NCBI RefSeq assembly: GCF_001194135.2
Contig: NC_068982.1
Coordinates: forward strand, 164,726,726-164,790,725
From: Octopus bimaculoides
Lineage: Eukaryota
Length of the DNA stretch: 64,000 nt
Reading direction: 5' to 3'
A program made the translations under genes and the position numbers. Below, piece after piece: positions 27,301 through 42,200 of the stretch. The notes below the pieces were generated by a model. The model saw only the letters and a list, made by a program, of their open reading frames with translations, made no database searches and had not been told where the DNA came from. How positions within the stretch are numbered: the stretch's first letter is position 1; the number at the start of each line of letters is the position of its first letter.

Positions 27301-30300
27301 TTCATTTTCTATTTTCACTCTCTTTTTATATTCTCTGCTCTTGTCAATTCAGTTAGTTCCTGGACATGGATCTTGACTCTTCCGGATGTAATATTTGATG
27401 TCGAACATTTCATGGGAATGTAACATTCTTGAAATGTGACTATTACTGTACAATTTTTGGAAAATTTTAGATCCTTCAAATATCCTTTCTATTATAGGTA
27501 CAAATATAACAACATTAAGTATCATTTATTTAAAGTCCCAACACTACAAATAAATGCTTCCTATTTTGCAAACGTCATATAAGACAAATTACATAAATCT
27601 AGTGCCCAGTTTGTCATTGTATTTGGCACTAGATTAGTAGAAATGTATTTACATAATATATGTATTTCTCGTGTTTGTTGGGATTTGTTTTGATGTTTCT
27701 GAAGTTGCTTTAGTGTTTCGTATGAACCATGCTTTTTTGCTTGAAGATGTAATGTGAAATTTACAGTATATATAGGAGAATTATATATTTAAAACATAAA
27801 CGAGGACAATGTAAATATATGTTTAATAAGCATTGTTCATTCTCAAATAGTCTGTACCAAATCCTTAACGTCTATAGACGAGATTTGCAAATACTAGATA
27901 GACTAAAGATTTATCAATAAGATAAAATTGTTTTTCAGTCATTTTCTCAGATTGCTTCAATTTGTTGTGTTAAAAGAAATAATAATTATGTTGGGTTTTA
28001 CCACAATTTTGGGTGATCCTATACTTAAGACCCAATCTGAATTTAGTTTTTAACGGGTTCTCACTTTATGATCATATCTTTTTCTTTCTCTTCAAAATGT
28101 CATTTGGATTCTGCTTTCCATTATTTGTTTAATTTAGGGCAGAAAAGAGTTTTTTGTAGAAATTTTGTTTGGTTTTTCATTGTCTCTTATGAAATGTGCC
28201 GTAACGGAATTCTCTGTGGAAACTGGAGTTAACCCTATTTCAAATTATAATTGGTGTAAATGATATATTGGGCCATTTTTTCCTTTTATTCTGTCAAGAA
28301 TATCTAATCAATTTAACCTTTTGCTGAAAATATTGTAACTATAAATTATTACTCAGATATTTACACTTTTGACGTCTAACATCTATTATTTGGTTGGTGT
28401 ATTAATCTAAGGGTGATATATATATATATATATATATANNNNNNNNNNNNNNNNNNNNNNNNNNNNNNNNNNNNNNNNNNNNNNNNNNNNNNNNNNNNNN
28501 NNNNNNNNNNNNNNNNNNNNNNNNNNNNNNNNNNNNNNNNNNNNNNNNNNNNNNNNNNNNNNNNNNNNNNNNNNNNNNNNNNNNNNNNNNNNNNNNNNNN
28601 NNNNNNNNNNNNNNNNNNNNNNNNNNNNNNNNNNNNNNNNNNNNNNNNNNNNNNNNNNNNNNNNNNNNNNNNNNNNNNNNNNNNNNNNNNNNNNNNNNNN
28701 NNNNNNNNNNNNNNNNNNNNNNNNNNNNNNNNNNNNNNNNNNNNNNNNNNNNNNNNNNNNNNNNNNNNNNNNNNNNNNNNNNNNNNNNNNNNNNNNNNNN
28801 NNNNNNNNNNNNNNNNNNNNNNNNNNNNNNNNNNNNNNNNNNNNNNNNNNNNNNNNNNNNNNNNNNNNNNNNNNNNNNNNNNNNNNNNNNNNNNNNNNNN
28901 NNNNNNNNNNNNNNNNNNNNNNNNNNNNNNNNNNNNNNNNNNNNNNNTATATATATATATATATATATTAGAGAGAGAGAGAGATATGACATTTGCGTGT
29001 CATCTATATCATATATATATATATGCGTGTGTGTTTAAGTGTGTGTATAAATATATATCCCTTAATTCAAGTTATCTAGAACTTTGATTTTTAAGTTATG
29101 TTTGTGTTTTATCTATACCTGCTAATTTTATTCCAATTCAAAGCATGATATTATTCTTACTTACGTCTCCTTTTATTTCTAATCCGAATTACATGCAAAT
29201 ATGTCTAGCAAATCCATATACTACGTAAAGCAATATTTCTAATTATTCACCTTCTGCTGTATACAAGATGCAATTGTGTATGTACAACTTCTAATTGATT
29301 TTCTAATCCACAGTATAATATTTTCTAATACATTTAGTGCCTAACCTCAGCCTGATTCAACAATGATTAGAAGTGATAGAGCTGGCAGAAAAAGGATCGA
29401 GGAGAGGAAAGCCACTTGAAATGTTCTTATTATAACGGTATTAGGGTTTGTCATTTCTATAATTACTTCTTTTGTCTCAGTTTGCATAATGTTTAACCAT
29501 TAACTCATTACTTGCTTGTTGCATATGCTAATTATTCGTAACATCTTATAATATGGATACTATTTCAATGATGAAAGCTCGAAAATACAATCAGATACCT
29601 TCACGTATCGCATTGCCCTTTGAAAATGGTATAGATTGAAATAATGATGGATTAAATATATCAATCAGTGATGCACACTAACTCGCTTCTCTTCTTCTAC
29701 AGTTTTCGTTTATGACAATATTGAATTGATAATGCACTCATACAATACACCCGTTTCGATCCCCTGAAACAAGGTTTGCCTTTTCAGAATTTTGGTTGCC
29801 ATGAATAATATTATTGCAATTAGAGTTTAGAAAAATGCGATAGAGTAATTTTTCATCGTCAGCCTCCACTCCTTCTCCTGCTCCTCCTCCATTACTACTA
29901 CTACTACTACTACTACTACTGTCCCCATCTCGCTACTCAGTGGGACTTATAGATGGAACATCAAATATAAATCCTGTAAAAGTGGTACACAAATCATGTT
30001 TTTGAATAGTTGATTTCGTTTCTTCTATACATGAAGTGATGCACTTCATAGACCATGTTTAAATTCATTCTGGCTCTACTTATTAGTTTCTTACTGCTTC
30101 ATTTTTCTTTAGAAAGTTTCACTTACATCTGACTTTCCAAAGAAATGTTTATGTTGCTTCGTCTCCATGTTTTCAGAAAATGTCTCTCAGATTACTTCTC
30201 ATATTGAACAGGATAGGGTATGAATTTCGGGTATATGGCGTCTTATATCTAAGAAATCGATTGACCAAACGATGCCGCACAAGTTGGTTTGCCTTACGAA

Positions 30301-30908
30301 ATTTAATTGTCAAATATTACGTTCCGTACATGAATAACAAACTACGCTACAATCATCTTAATATGTTACGAAATTATATGCCAGCAGTGTTTTCTAAATT
30401 ATTACTTTCGGAAATAAGGAATTTATTAAACAGTGTAACATTGGGATGGATAAAATGTTTGCGTCAGTCAGGAGTTTGCGAATATTTGATGGATTCTCGA
30501 TATTTTTACATTGTTATGCTAAACATAAGAAGGAAAATGATATTTCCCACTGATGTTCAGTATACGAAACGTGATACATTTTCACAGAGATAATCACCAT
30601 CATATTAGATGAACAATCAATCTGTTTGTGGGTAGATGAATATGAATATTACCTCAGTTACCTCAGGAGATAACATACATGTAGGAATAACAATGTTTCG
30701 TATTCCAAATAATCTTAAGAGGTGTTATAATGACCTTATTCACTCTCTCCCTAGTGTGTGTGTATGTATATATGTATACACACACGTATATATATATATA
30801 TGTATACACACACGTATATATATATATATATATACATATATATGTACATATACATATATATGCATATATACATATATATATGTGTGTAGATATACATTTA
30901 TACACACA

Positions 30909-30955
<47 letters not shown>

Positions 30956-31505
30956 ACATTTACATATATATCTATATGCCTGTATGTATGAATAATTAAA
31001 TAAAAAAACAGGTATGAAATGCATACAAAACAACGAAAATTAGAATTTATTGCTCATAGTTCCTATAGATAGGAAAAGCGATAAAAAAGACAACGAGGAA
31101 AAGTGACATTGACATAAGAAGCATGATAAAATATTCAGTGATATAATATATACGATTTATATTTTGTTTATATTGTACAAATGTATTTAAGGCACGAATC
31201 TTGCATGCACTAAAGAAGAGAAGGAGAGCTATATTTCAATGAATATTTGTGAAAAATGATATGAAATTCATTATCTTTGATAAATGCAATGCATCCACAG
31301 ATATCAACAGTTACTTCAGTATATACATTATATTCCTTATGAAACTATCAACGTCAATCTTTGTAGTGATAATTTTTAAACGATGATTTCCTCTTGAATA
31401 GTTTTCCATATAAATACTGAAAAATAGCTTTACATTACGTTTTGTTTCCGAATTCACTTTTTAAGAGGAAATACAAGAAAAAGCAAAAATACTGCAGCAG
31501 CAACG

Positions 31506-31572
<67 letters not shown>

Positions 31573-31580
31573 CAGCAGTA
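31506..31580. repeat. (GTA)n microsatellite
   Basis: Directly visible; gives the poly-Ser and poly-Tyr pseudo-ORFs. Confidence 0.95.
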
Positions 31581-32247
31581 GTAAGTGTAAGAAAACATCA
31601 AATATGTCAGTGATAGCAACAATGCATCCATATTTATCAGCTCTTTACAAAGATAAATGGCCAATTTTCATTTTCACAGAATATGTCATGTGTTCTTATA
31701 TTTCTTGAGAAAATGCAGAAAAAGTTAGAAGATAATTTATCTCTGAAATTCTAATATTAAAGGTGAAATTACGATTTAATAAAAAAAGGTTCGATGTTTG
31801 TTTATGGTTTTATTATTAGTTTTTGCAATGATTCAAATGGAAAAAAGGAAACACTAACACTATTATTGCTGTTAATATTATTCTTTTAGAGAGCGTATTT
31901 CATATCTTTCTTTCTTAATATTGCTGTCTGTCATATTCCTCATATATTGCTCTTGACTTTTTATCAATATTTCTGGTTTCCTTTTTCCTTTTTCATCTTC
32001 GATATCAAATGCATCATCATAATCGGCGTCCACATTACGCTCATCCTTATCATCATATTCGTCATCAAAATGAAAGAATTGGTCTCCTATGTATACAATC
32101 ACATCAGCTGCAGCAGTAGCAGCGGCAGCACCAGCGGTAGCAAAAATAAGATTGACAAAAATATGGTACAGCAAAAATATAGACGATTCCAAAAACATAG
32201 GCACGATACAATAAAAGTAACGAAAACAGTTACAATAATGAAATTAT

Positions 32248-33362
<1,115 letters not shown>

Positions 33363-33840
33363 TATTGAAAAAAAAAAGGTGTGTTTATTAATTGACATGA
33401 GTATTCCTTGCGATCACAATATTGCGGCGAAAGAATTTGACAAGATCAGTAAATATAAAGACTTGCTAATAGAAATTGAAAAGTGTGGCATCTCAAGGCG
33501 ACTGCCGTACCAGTGATTGTTGGATCACTAGGAATGATAAAAAAGGGTACTGAAACCTTTTGGAAATGATACCAGGCTTACCATCCCTACAGGAAGTGCA
33601 AAAACTCGTGTTAACTGAAACAACTCATGTACTGAGAAGAACATTATCGCTGTGAAAACAGCATCCATTCATAAATTTATTTATTAATTTTTCTAAATAC
33701 ATATTTTACCTGTGAATTTGCGTGTGTGGGAATGCATACAATGAGCTTCTCTTTCCTAGTTGTACAGAAAATACTCAGCGAAAAATGGAAGAAAATTTGA
33801 AGAAAGAAACAAAAATAATGACAGCAACAACACCAACAAC
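33363..33840 (+). mobile_element. R4/Dong-clade retrotransposon 3' fragment (subfamily Z, copy 2)
   Basis: VCLLIDMSIPCDHNIAAKEFDKISKYKDLLIEIEK...PVIVGSLG...QKLVLTETTHVLRRTLSL*. The UTR at 33730-33810 aligns with 33120-33190 of copy 1. The tail is degenerate (AAT/AAC). Confidence 0.85.
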
Positions 33841-33909
33841 AAACTGCTACCCGAAGAGCAGAAGAGATGCTGCAAGGGCTCATACGACTCTAAAATTCAA
33901 TTATTATTA

Positions 33910-33968
<59 letters not shown>

Positions 33969-34610
33969 GTAGGAAATGAAAAAACGACTGAGGATAGAAT
34001 ACTTCCGAAGCCTAAGTTTGGTGTTGCGCTCAAAATTGATCTGATGGGAAAGAATCCAAGCAGTTAATACATGGACGATAGCGTTACTTCGGTATGGAGT
34101 TGGAATTATAAAGAGCAAAGATGTGGTATGAGAAACCCAGAAGGTGTCACCGAGGATGAGAATTACAAAATCCTGTTGGATGCAATAATTCAGTGCGATC
34201 ACCTGACCAGACATCGGAAACGGGAAATGCATGGTAATCAATATCGCATGTCCCGGTAACAAGAGGATCAATGAGAAAGAAGAAGAAATATACAACTATG
34301 ACGATTTGAATTAGGAAATACGAAAGTTGTGGTCATTGAGGAGAGTAGCCGTGATACCAATAGTAATTGAAGCACTTTGAAGTATCAGCACTCAACTTCC
34401 CACATGGCTGAAAACTACTGATACAAGCTTGAAGGTAGAACACCCACAAAAACCAGCATTGCTTGGAACCACAAGAATTCTTCACAGGGCTTTTGGAGCA
34501 TTACCAGTAAACGAATATCGCCTTCGTCATCTGGCTGTGGACAAGTAAACACCTTCCATCATACCCAGCAAAATAAGCTGTGAGTTTTCATGACATAATA
34601 ATAATAATAA
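33969..34610 (+). mobile_element. R4/Dong-clade retrotransposon (subfamily W), internally deleted, (ATA)n tail
   Basis: RIQAVNTWTIALLRYGVGIIK is joined directly to PEGVTEDENYKILLD, followed by INIACPG..EKEEE..YDDL..IPIVIEAL..QKPALLGTTRILHRAF; ends catgacataataataataataac. Preceded by (TTA)n at 33901-33968. Confidence 0.8.
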
Positions 34611-35616
34611 CTGTAGTAAATATCGCCAAAATGTGTATTCCCTGTTTCTTGTATATTTGTAGGCAGCAATTTCCTTTAAGCAGGTGACAATTCGATCCAG
34701 GGCACTGACAAGGTGAAAGCTGACAGTCGTTCTCGTGAGTCACTGCGGCGACGCATCTCGCTCTCATACATATATTGTTTTAACAGATGAAGTCTATGAA
34801 AATATGTTATCATAGACAGTTCAACTGTTTCATTCAATCTAGTAGTGTATCTGCATTTGTATGATACACAGTTGACAATTTTAATTTAAATTATTCATAT
34901 TAACACAACAATTATCTGCATGACTATGCATTTTGCAATATAGTAAGATGCTAAAAATGCCAAAACCTCATACGCCTATCATACGATATTTATTTCTACT
35001 GTGACTGAGAAGTTCTAGTTTAAAGAGATAACTTCATGGTAAAATATATAATATATGAAATATTACGCTTGAAATATTATTTGCAAATCTTGAATATTCT
35101 GTAATTTAATTACTATTATTTCAATCATAGAAATATGGCTTAGCTTATTACTTTTAGATCGACTATCATATCAACGATAAGTAAATTGCGTTTTTTTCGT
35201 TTTCTGGTAAATAATGGAACATGCCCTAAAAGAAATATTCGTCTTCACAGGCAATACCTTTGTCTGATAAACAAAAATCACTAATGATATTCCATATATT
35301 TTATTGAATACTATTTCTTTCTCAGTCACATTAAATTGATATAATTCCAAATCTAATACGTGCGTCTATATTGTTACAAATTAGTTACCAGGAAAGAAAA
35401 TTTTCCCGAAACATCCTCGCGCTATACAATTCTGCTGAGATATTTGCAGGTAATGTAAAATTTGTGAATCGACGTCTCTAAAAGTAAAATATCGAATATA
35501 CGATTCTAAGTAGAAAGCTTACAGTGTAATGCGATAGGAGGGAGTCGGGAAAGGGAGACAACGGCGTTGATGTGTATCGAATGGTCTTGGCTGGGTATGC
35601 TATGTAACAAAGTATT

Positions 35617-35940
35617 ATTACGCCAATAAGAATAAACACAAGCACTGGTTCATTTTCATTCCTTTATTTTTAGTCAATTGGTTATTTACTTAACCAATTA
35701 AATAATCGATCGTTTGTTTAATTTTTTGGTTAAACAGTCCATCAATCAGTTGTTTGCCAAGTGCTTTCATCGATGCTTTCATCGCTATCCGCAACCTCAT
35801 CAGTGACATGCCCTCTCACCACCATTTCTGCTCTGAGTCTTAAACAAAGGATCTATAAGTTACTTAGGTAATTAACCAACTGACTAACAATAAACGATTG
35901 AAATTGAACCAGTGCGTGTGTTAATTATTAATAGCGGAAT
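35617..35940. mobile_element. Degenerate MITE/foldback-like element with imperfect ~80-bp terminal inverted repeats
   Basis: aataaacacaagcactggttcatttt..tagtcaattggttatttactta (35631-35692) versus ttaggtaattaaccaactgacta..aaattgaaccagtgcgtgtgttaatt (35864-35926). No clear TSD. Confidence 0.5.
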
Positions 35941-37959
35941 GACCATACCTATATACAAGATTTGTTTCAATACATGAGCACACATCAAGAATTTTTCAAC
36001 CAAAATATCAAAACAACACAACACCGTGGTACGATTATAAATTATAAAATGTAGAGTGAGGAAAAAGCGTGTTTGCAGGTCAAAAATTCAAACAAATTGG
36101 ATATATTTCTTTTTTTTATATATACTCCAGGATGTCAGTTTGCATAAATAAAATATCGTCCTTCATGTGAGAATATTGAACCATTAAACCTTGTATGGGA
36201 TCGGCAAGTTGTCGAAGTTAAAATTCCAGCTCTAAAGGAAGGTCTACACTTTATGATATAATTATTACTGTGTTATGAATATGAGATCACCGAAAGGATC
36301 TATTAATGATTTTAAAAAAAACTAGAGTTTGTAGCAAATTTTGGATATGTCCAAGACTCGAGAGTGAGCAAGAGGGAGAGGTATCCCATCGCTTCCTTTA
36401 TATGGTTTGTGACACTCTTCCTGATGTTAAATGAAATAGTTGGCTACGATCGCCATGTAAATCTTAAAACATAGCGGGTAGTATAGAACTTAAAGGAATA
36501 AGACGAACAGGATAAATTCAACATCTGAAGAGTTTTCTGTAGACATTTTGCTAAAGGGGCCATCACTTTACTATATAAATGATGTATACTTTAATCGGTA
36601 ACAACATGATTTTCTCATAAAGATTTTTCCTTTACGATATGTCTATTCGTCAAACGTTAAACATCCGAGTAGATCTACACTTCTCCACCAGAATACAATA
36701 CACAGTGATGTGAATGATTTTCACCTCATTGCAGTTCTTTCCCCTTTATTCAAAGGAAAACCCATTTAAAGCCAAACTACAATAACCAGATTGAATACAA
36801 TACGAAAAGATTACTATCGATTCAACCATTAAATTTCGAATAAGTTTTAGATATTTCATGAAAAAGAGAAAACCAATGTCAATAATTGTTTGAAAGGCAG
36901 TGATAGCAAGGAGATTTTGTTGGCTGTCTATAATGTGGAACAGAATAATTGGTGAGAAATAAGTTAATGAAAATTATATCATTTAATGAGTCACATACTT
37001 CAACAGTCTGGATATAATCATAACGTTAACCTATAAGTGTACCTCGTAAATACTAACTATGAAACTTCGAATTTATACGTCAGCGAATTATAATAATTTG
37101 AAAATATATGTGAACGGCGGCTGAATATGTTAAATATTGAAGCACACGAATTGTAGACAACTACTAGATACAGATAACAGTAAAATAGATGAAGTAAGAC
37201 AGTGTTTGCACACGTCAGATGGATATATTTCACCAAGGTAAACGAATTTATACCGCTTAACTTGAATCAATTATAGTTGACTCCGTCTTTTCAAATTGCA
37301 CATTATGAAGCATTGAGCACGTGTCTGTTGTTCTGTCTTATAAAAGTAACTTACTATAACATACTGTAAATAATCCTGCGCAAAATGTCATTCCTCAATC
37401 ACAATATAGTCGCAGAGACTTTTATGGCGTGATAAATGTGTTGCTGTCCTAAAAGTTAAATTTTAGCTTGAGCCATCTTAATATCGATAGTTTTGCCTTA
37501 AGTCTCAGATGCATTATATTAAGCAGCAACTAATACTTGTAAATGTGTTACTGTACACATCTGAGAGACAACTAAATGGAAGGTTGTTCCTGGGAAATTA
37601 TAGCGGAGCAATATAATGATTCCATCATTGAAACCCATCAGAGAGAACACTATCATTAAAAATATTGCTACACAATGCATAGAGAAAGTAAGAACGAGTA
37701 AGCTGAAATTATTTTTATCAAGAAAACCAAACTAATAACAGAAACAAAAATGATAATCTGTACCAGAATTATTTGAAAAGTTACAGGTATCCCGGTCTCA
37801 AATTCATTTTCCGCTACTTTTGTGAAATATTATAAAATGATAATTTACATTATCATTAATTTCGGATTTACGCACACGTTCAGAAGTTTGGAAGAGATTT
37901 CCATTGATTAAGTTGACACCAATCTTAATTAGTACTTTATGCTTTTTTTGTCGCATGTA

Positions 37960-38397
37960 GGACTGATCCGGCTACAGGTCAAGTTATCATAGAGGTCACT
38001 CGCCTTTGATAGGGTTAAGCAAACAAGTTTCTGCTCTCTAGTGGCGATGGCGAAAGAAATTGTCTGGCGGACGTGGCACAAAATACTGTGAAAAAATGCA
38101 TTCCACTTCATTCTAGCCTCCGTCAACATTTTCATATTCCACTTAAAAAAAAAATTACGAAAAAAACAGAGGTGCTCGGCTCTGCTGAATTTGTAAAAAC
38201 GAGGATATTGGTGGATGGAGCCACACTCAGTATACACAGTTTGAATAACTGAGCACAATTGACGTAGTGCACGCGTTCTATGTGGCCAGAGAGAGTTTGG
38301 ATCTGTTGATACCTTGACTGTATCGTGTTTGAAAGCTCTTCTATATTAGAAGTACTGTATCGTATATGAATTAAATGCTCATACTCTGAATAAAACA

Positions 38398-38398
<1 letters not shown>
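37960..38398 (+). mobile_element. L1/Tx1-like LINE 3' fragment (second subfamily)
   Basis: FCSLVAMAKEIVWRTWHK..VNIFIFHLKKKLRK parallels the ORF2 C-terminus at 42100-42310 (LKETVWKTRVRG..LVNSFSYHLNSKMR). Ends gaataaa directly at (AC)n. Confidence 0.65.
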
Positions 38399-38459
<61 letters not shown>

Positions 38460-39234
38460 ATTTCATATAATTTTCCCCAATCCATTGTTTACGCCTCAGC
38501 TGATTTTATGTTAAATCCGACTCATTGTAAATTGTCTTAGTAATGATTCTTTCATGTGTTGTCCCTGTGGCAAATAAAAGCATTCATCCCTCTCCTCCTG
38601 ACGAAGCATATGCATTTTACTAGTCTCTCATTGAAGCGAAAATGTTTTACCAGATGAGAGTTTACCCCAAATACTCCCATACAGATAACTGCTGAGCATT
38701 TTTTCCGACGTACTAATGAGTTTGCTGGCTCTCTGCCTTAAAGAAAATAAGCTGGTATTGGTCTATATGACGACCGGTGTTTTAACAGTTCTACAACTAC
38801 GCCTGTAAGTCTACAAGTAGTAAGGATCATTATTGCTTTCATCAAAACTATGGTAGATTGAAACGATCCCTGTATATTACTGGAATTTACTTTTAAGCTG
38901 AGGCAGAAAAATTGAAGTCCCTATATAACGCAAGACTTTTCAACCAGATTTTCACTAATTTTGTCATCCATTATACGCTATAGTTATTAACAGTATTGTT
39001 ACAACTTATGAATTTAATTGGAAAGGACGATTGACTAAGTCAACCACAAAACCTAGTCATTATTTATTTCATCAACCACTGAAGCATAAAAGAGATTACT
39101 CTGGTACTACTTAAAATTAGTGCTTCGTTGTAATCAATACAAGCCAGTATTTTCTATATCCTGTCCTTACTTTCCTCTTTGGTATTGTCAAAGTTAGAAA
39201 ATGATTTTAAAAATTCAAGCTAAATTAAACTTTA

Positions 39235-42200
39235 GACGCAGGCGTGGCTGTGTGGTAAGAAGCTTGCTTCCGGTTTATCATTTTGGTTAGTTCGACTACT
39301 GTCTCTGTGTGTAACACACGTGTTTTTTGGTTAACGTAGCGGTGCGACGTTTTCCCTCTTGTTTAATGGAGGGGCGTCGTGTGATAAGTTGTGAAGATTT
39401 GAATTATTCTTCTTCAGACTTTGTGTCGTCTGAGAGAGAATTCGTGGCAAAGGGAAAAATTGAAGACATAAGTCTAGAAGAAATGAGCAAGTTTAAGGAA
39501 ATACTGAAAAGGGAGCGAAACGATGTGAAGGTGTTCTCCCCAAAGAAGTGCTAAAAGATAAAAACGAGAGAACAATTGTTTACAGGACATACGCATAGAA
39601 GTGGCGTCGGAGGCTAATGTTGAAAAGGCGTTGAAACAAGTCTGGCAAGAGATTCATACCTTGCAAGGGGAGGAAAGTATGGAACGGTGGAGATGCAGTT
39701 TCGTGATGTAGCTACCGCCAGACTGCACTCAGCTACACCATTAAATACTGAAGAAGTGGTGCTTTTACCCGTATACCTTGGGAGACGTACTTCCAGGGTT
39801 AGGGTAGAAAACATACCACCAGAAATGAATGTAGCCTGGCTGGTGGCTACCATACTTCTAGGCATGGAAGAAAAGGTAGTAGTCCTGCAGGCCACCTTAA
39901 CACTCTACAGAAACTGGCAAGGGCAAAGCCTGGACATGGTGGTACAGGTCGTCGCAGAAGATATTGAAAGTATAGTAGAGACTATTACGGTCGGAGACGT
40001 TACACTAAATGTCAGAGCAAGTGAGGATTCTGCTTTCCTATAAAGATGGTCTGAAAGTTCACATTAGAGCGGATTGTCCTCTACCACCTGTGAAGGCTAA
40101 GGAAAGGCAAGAGAGCAAGAAAGTAGTTGTTACTCCACTGCCCGTGGAGGCTGAAGAGAAGTGTGAGAAGGAGAGCGAAATAGCACCAGAGACGAAAGCA
40201 AGTACCAACGTCGAGGAAGAGAAGGTGAACACCAGCTGGGAAACGGTATTTACGCGCCTTCTGTAAGAAGGCAGCAAACTGATTCTTATCGGTGCGTAGA
40301 GAACTTTCATGTGACGTCTAAGACATTAGTTGTGATAGGAGACTACAATGCTATCCTGGATGCACGTCTGGATAGCTTTGGTTCCAATGGTAGGAGTGTT
40401 AACTCACGCCTAATCGATCTGCTTAAGCGTTTTCAGCTGGCGGATCGTTACAGACGTGAGTACCCAAGCGTCCCAGTGTGGACCTGGATGAATGGCGACA
40501 GGAAGCTGATGTCTTACTTAGACAGGATAGTTATAAGGATTAGAGATAAGTCTAGCTTTAACTGTCCACAGCCAGTTCAAGTCGCTTACACAGACCATAA
40601 AATGGTTAAGTGTAGGCTCAAACATAGACAGTGCCTATAGACAGGGATCCGGCTACCGGAAGCTTAACAAGTCTATTTTGATTTCTGAGGCATACCGTAA
40701 CTGGATATGGCTAGGATCTGGCTTAGATATGGCTAGGATAGAAGGGAACCTTCTTAAGGCTTTAGAAGAGGCATTGAGATTGGGTTCTGCATCTCAAATT
40801 TTGACCTCAAAGTCAAACATGAGGGACACAGGGTGCGGGCTAAAGTACGTGCATTGGACCGCGAGGGAATTAATGTTGCTGGGTGGGCCCGTACGGATAA
40901 ACGTTTTTTTTTCAAAATCGTTCAAGATTGAACGCTCAGTACGCCAGGGATGTCCTCTGTCACCACTTCTGTATGTATTAGCTCTTGAGCCATTGCTGTG
41001 GACGTTGGAGACGTTAGGAGGCCTGCCGCATGATCTGTGATGTGGAAGGGGAGCTACTGCGTATGCAGATGACATCTCCGTCACCGTGTCGGAAGAAGGG
41101 CAGCTTCCTTACGTGGAAAACGCCATTAAAGGATACGAGGCTGTGGTAAGAGCAAAGACTAACCAGGACAAGTCGGTCGGCTTGCAACTCGGCACCTGGA
41201 GGGTAAGTCGGAGTCGTCCAATAACGTCGTGGGGCATTGGATGGAAGGTCCGGGTAAGTTGCTAGGGGTCTGCTTCGGACCAGACCTCCAGATAGATGTC
41301 TGGGAGGGCGTTATCCTTGCTAGTGAGGGTGGAGGTGGTGCAGATGTTCATAGCATCTGTCATCACCTACTGCCTGACCGTCGTGCCTTGCCCCGATTTG
41401 TGGCTGAACAAGTTGCAATGAATCCTTTTCCACTCCTTGTGAAAGGGAGGAAGGCCACTTGTGAAGCGCTCTGTCTGCTGCCAAAAATCGCTAAAGGGTG
41501 GGCGAGGGATGCCTTGGGTGAAGATGCGGAAATTCGCGTTAGGGTTGAGGCACCTCTGGCTTGACTTGGATGGGGATCAGGTGTGGTCACCACTCGTAAC
41601 GTTCTACCTTCCACAGTTGACGTCCTTAACGGATACTGGCCCATGGATCAAACGAAGACCTAGGCTGGGGGAATGGTAATTGGAGTACCGTCAAGCACCC
41701 AGCTACTCTCTCGGGCGGGCAATACTGGCAACAGGAGTTCCACTGCGGATTTATGTCAGACGATGTCCTGGGGAAGGCCCTGGGCGTCGATGAAAATAAG
41801 CTGATCAACATGTTCAGGAGAACTTTCGAAGCGGGGTACCTGGATAATGACCAGAAATCCCTGGCTTGGCAGTGCTATCATTCGGTTTTGCCTGTTCGAG
41901 ACAAGCTGTCAAGGCACGAAAGTGGCGTCTCGCCGATATGTCCGAGGTGCTGGTGGGACAGAGAAAATGTCTTGCACGCCTACGTAGAGTGTCCGGAATC
42001 ACCGGGACTGATAGCTTTTGTCGAGCAATTGTTGTGAATCATGGGAAGAGTACAGCTATCGGCTGAATCTGTTATCAAGATTGTGCTGCCTCCTTCTCTT
42101 AATAGGGAAAGAAGGCTTGTTTTTTCTGCGTAGTAGAAATACTGAAAGAAACAGTATGGAAGACACGTGTAAGAGGTATAGTGACAGGTACCTTTGTCTC

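Noticed and set aside
30180-30593. 137-aa plus-strand ORF
   Set aside because: No recognisable motif, composition typical of random AT-rich sequence, and no convincing splice context.
31878-32204. 108-aa acidic/Ala-rich ORF
   Set aside because: Derived from decayed (ATC)n and (GCA)n repeats.
38588-38645. cctgacgaagc...gcgaaa hammerhead-like core
   Set aside because: No coherent stems I and III or cleavage triplet could be built.
39235-39270. tRNA-like A-box sequences in SINE heads
   Set aside because: These are SINE promoters. No complete cloverleaf is present, so they are not called as tRNA genes.
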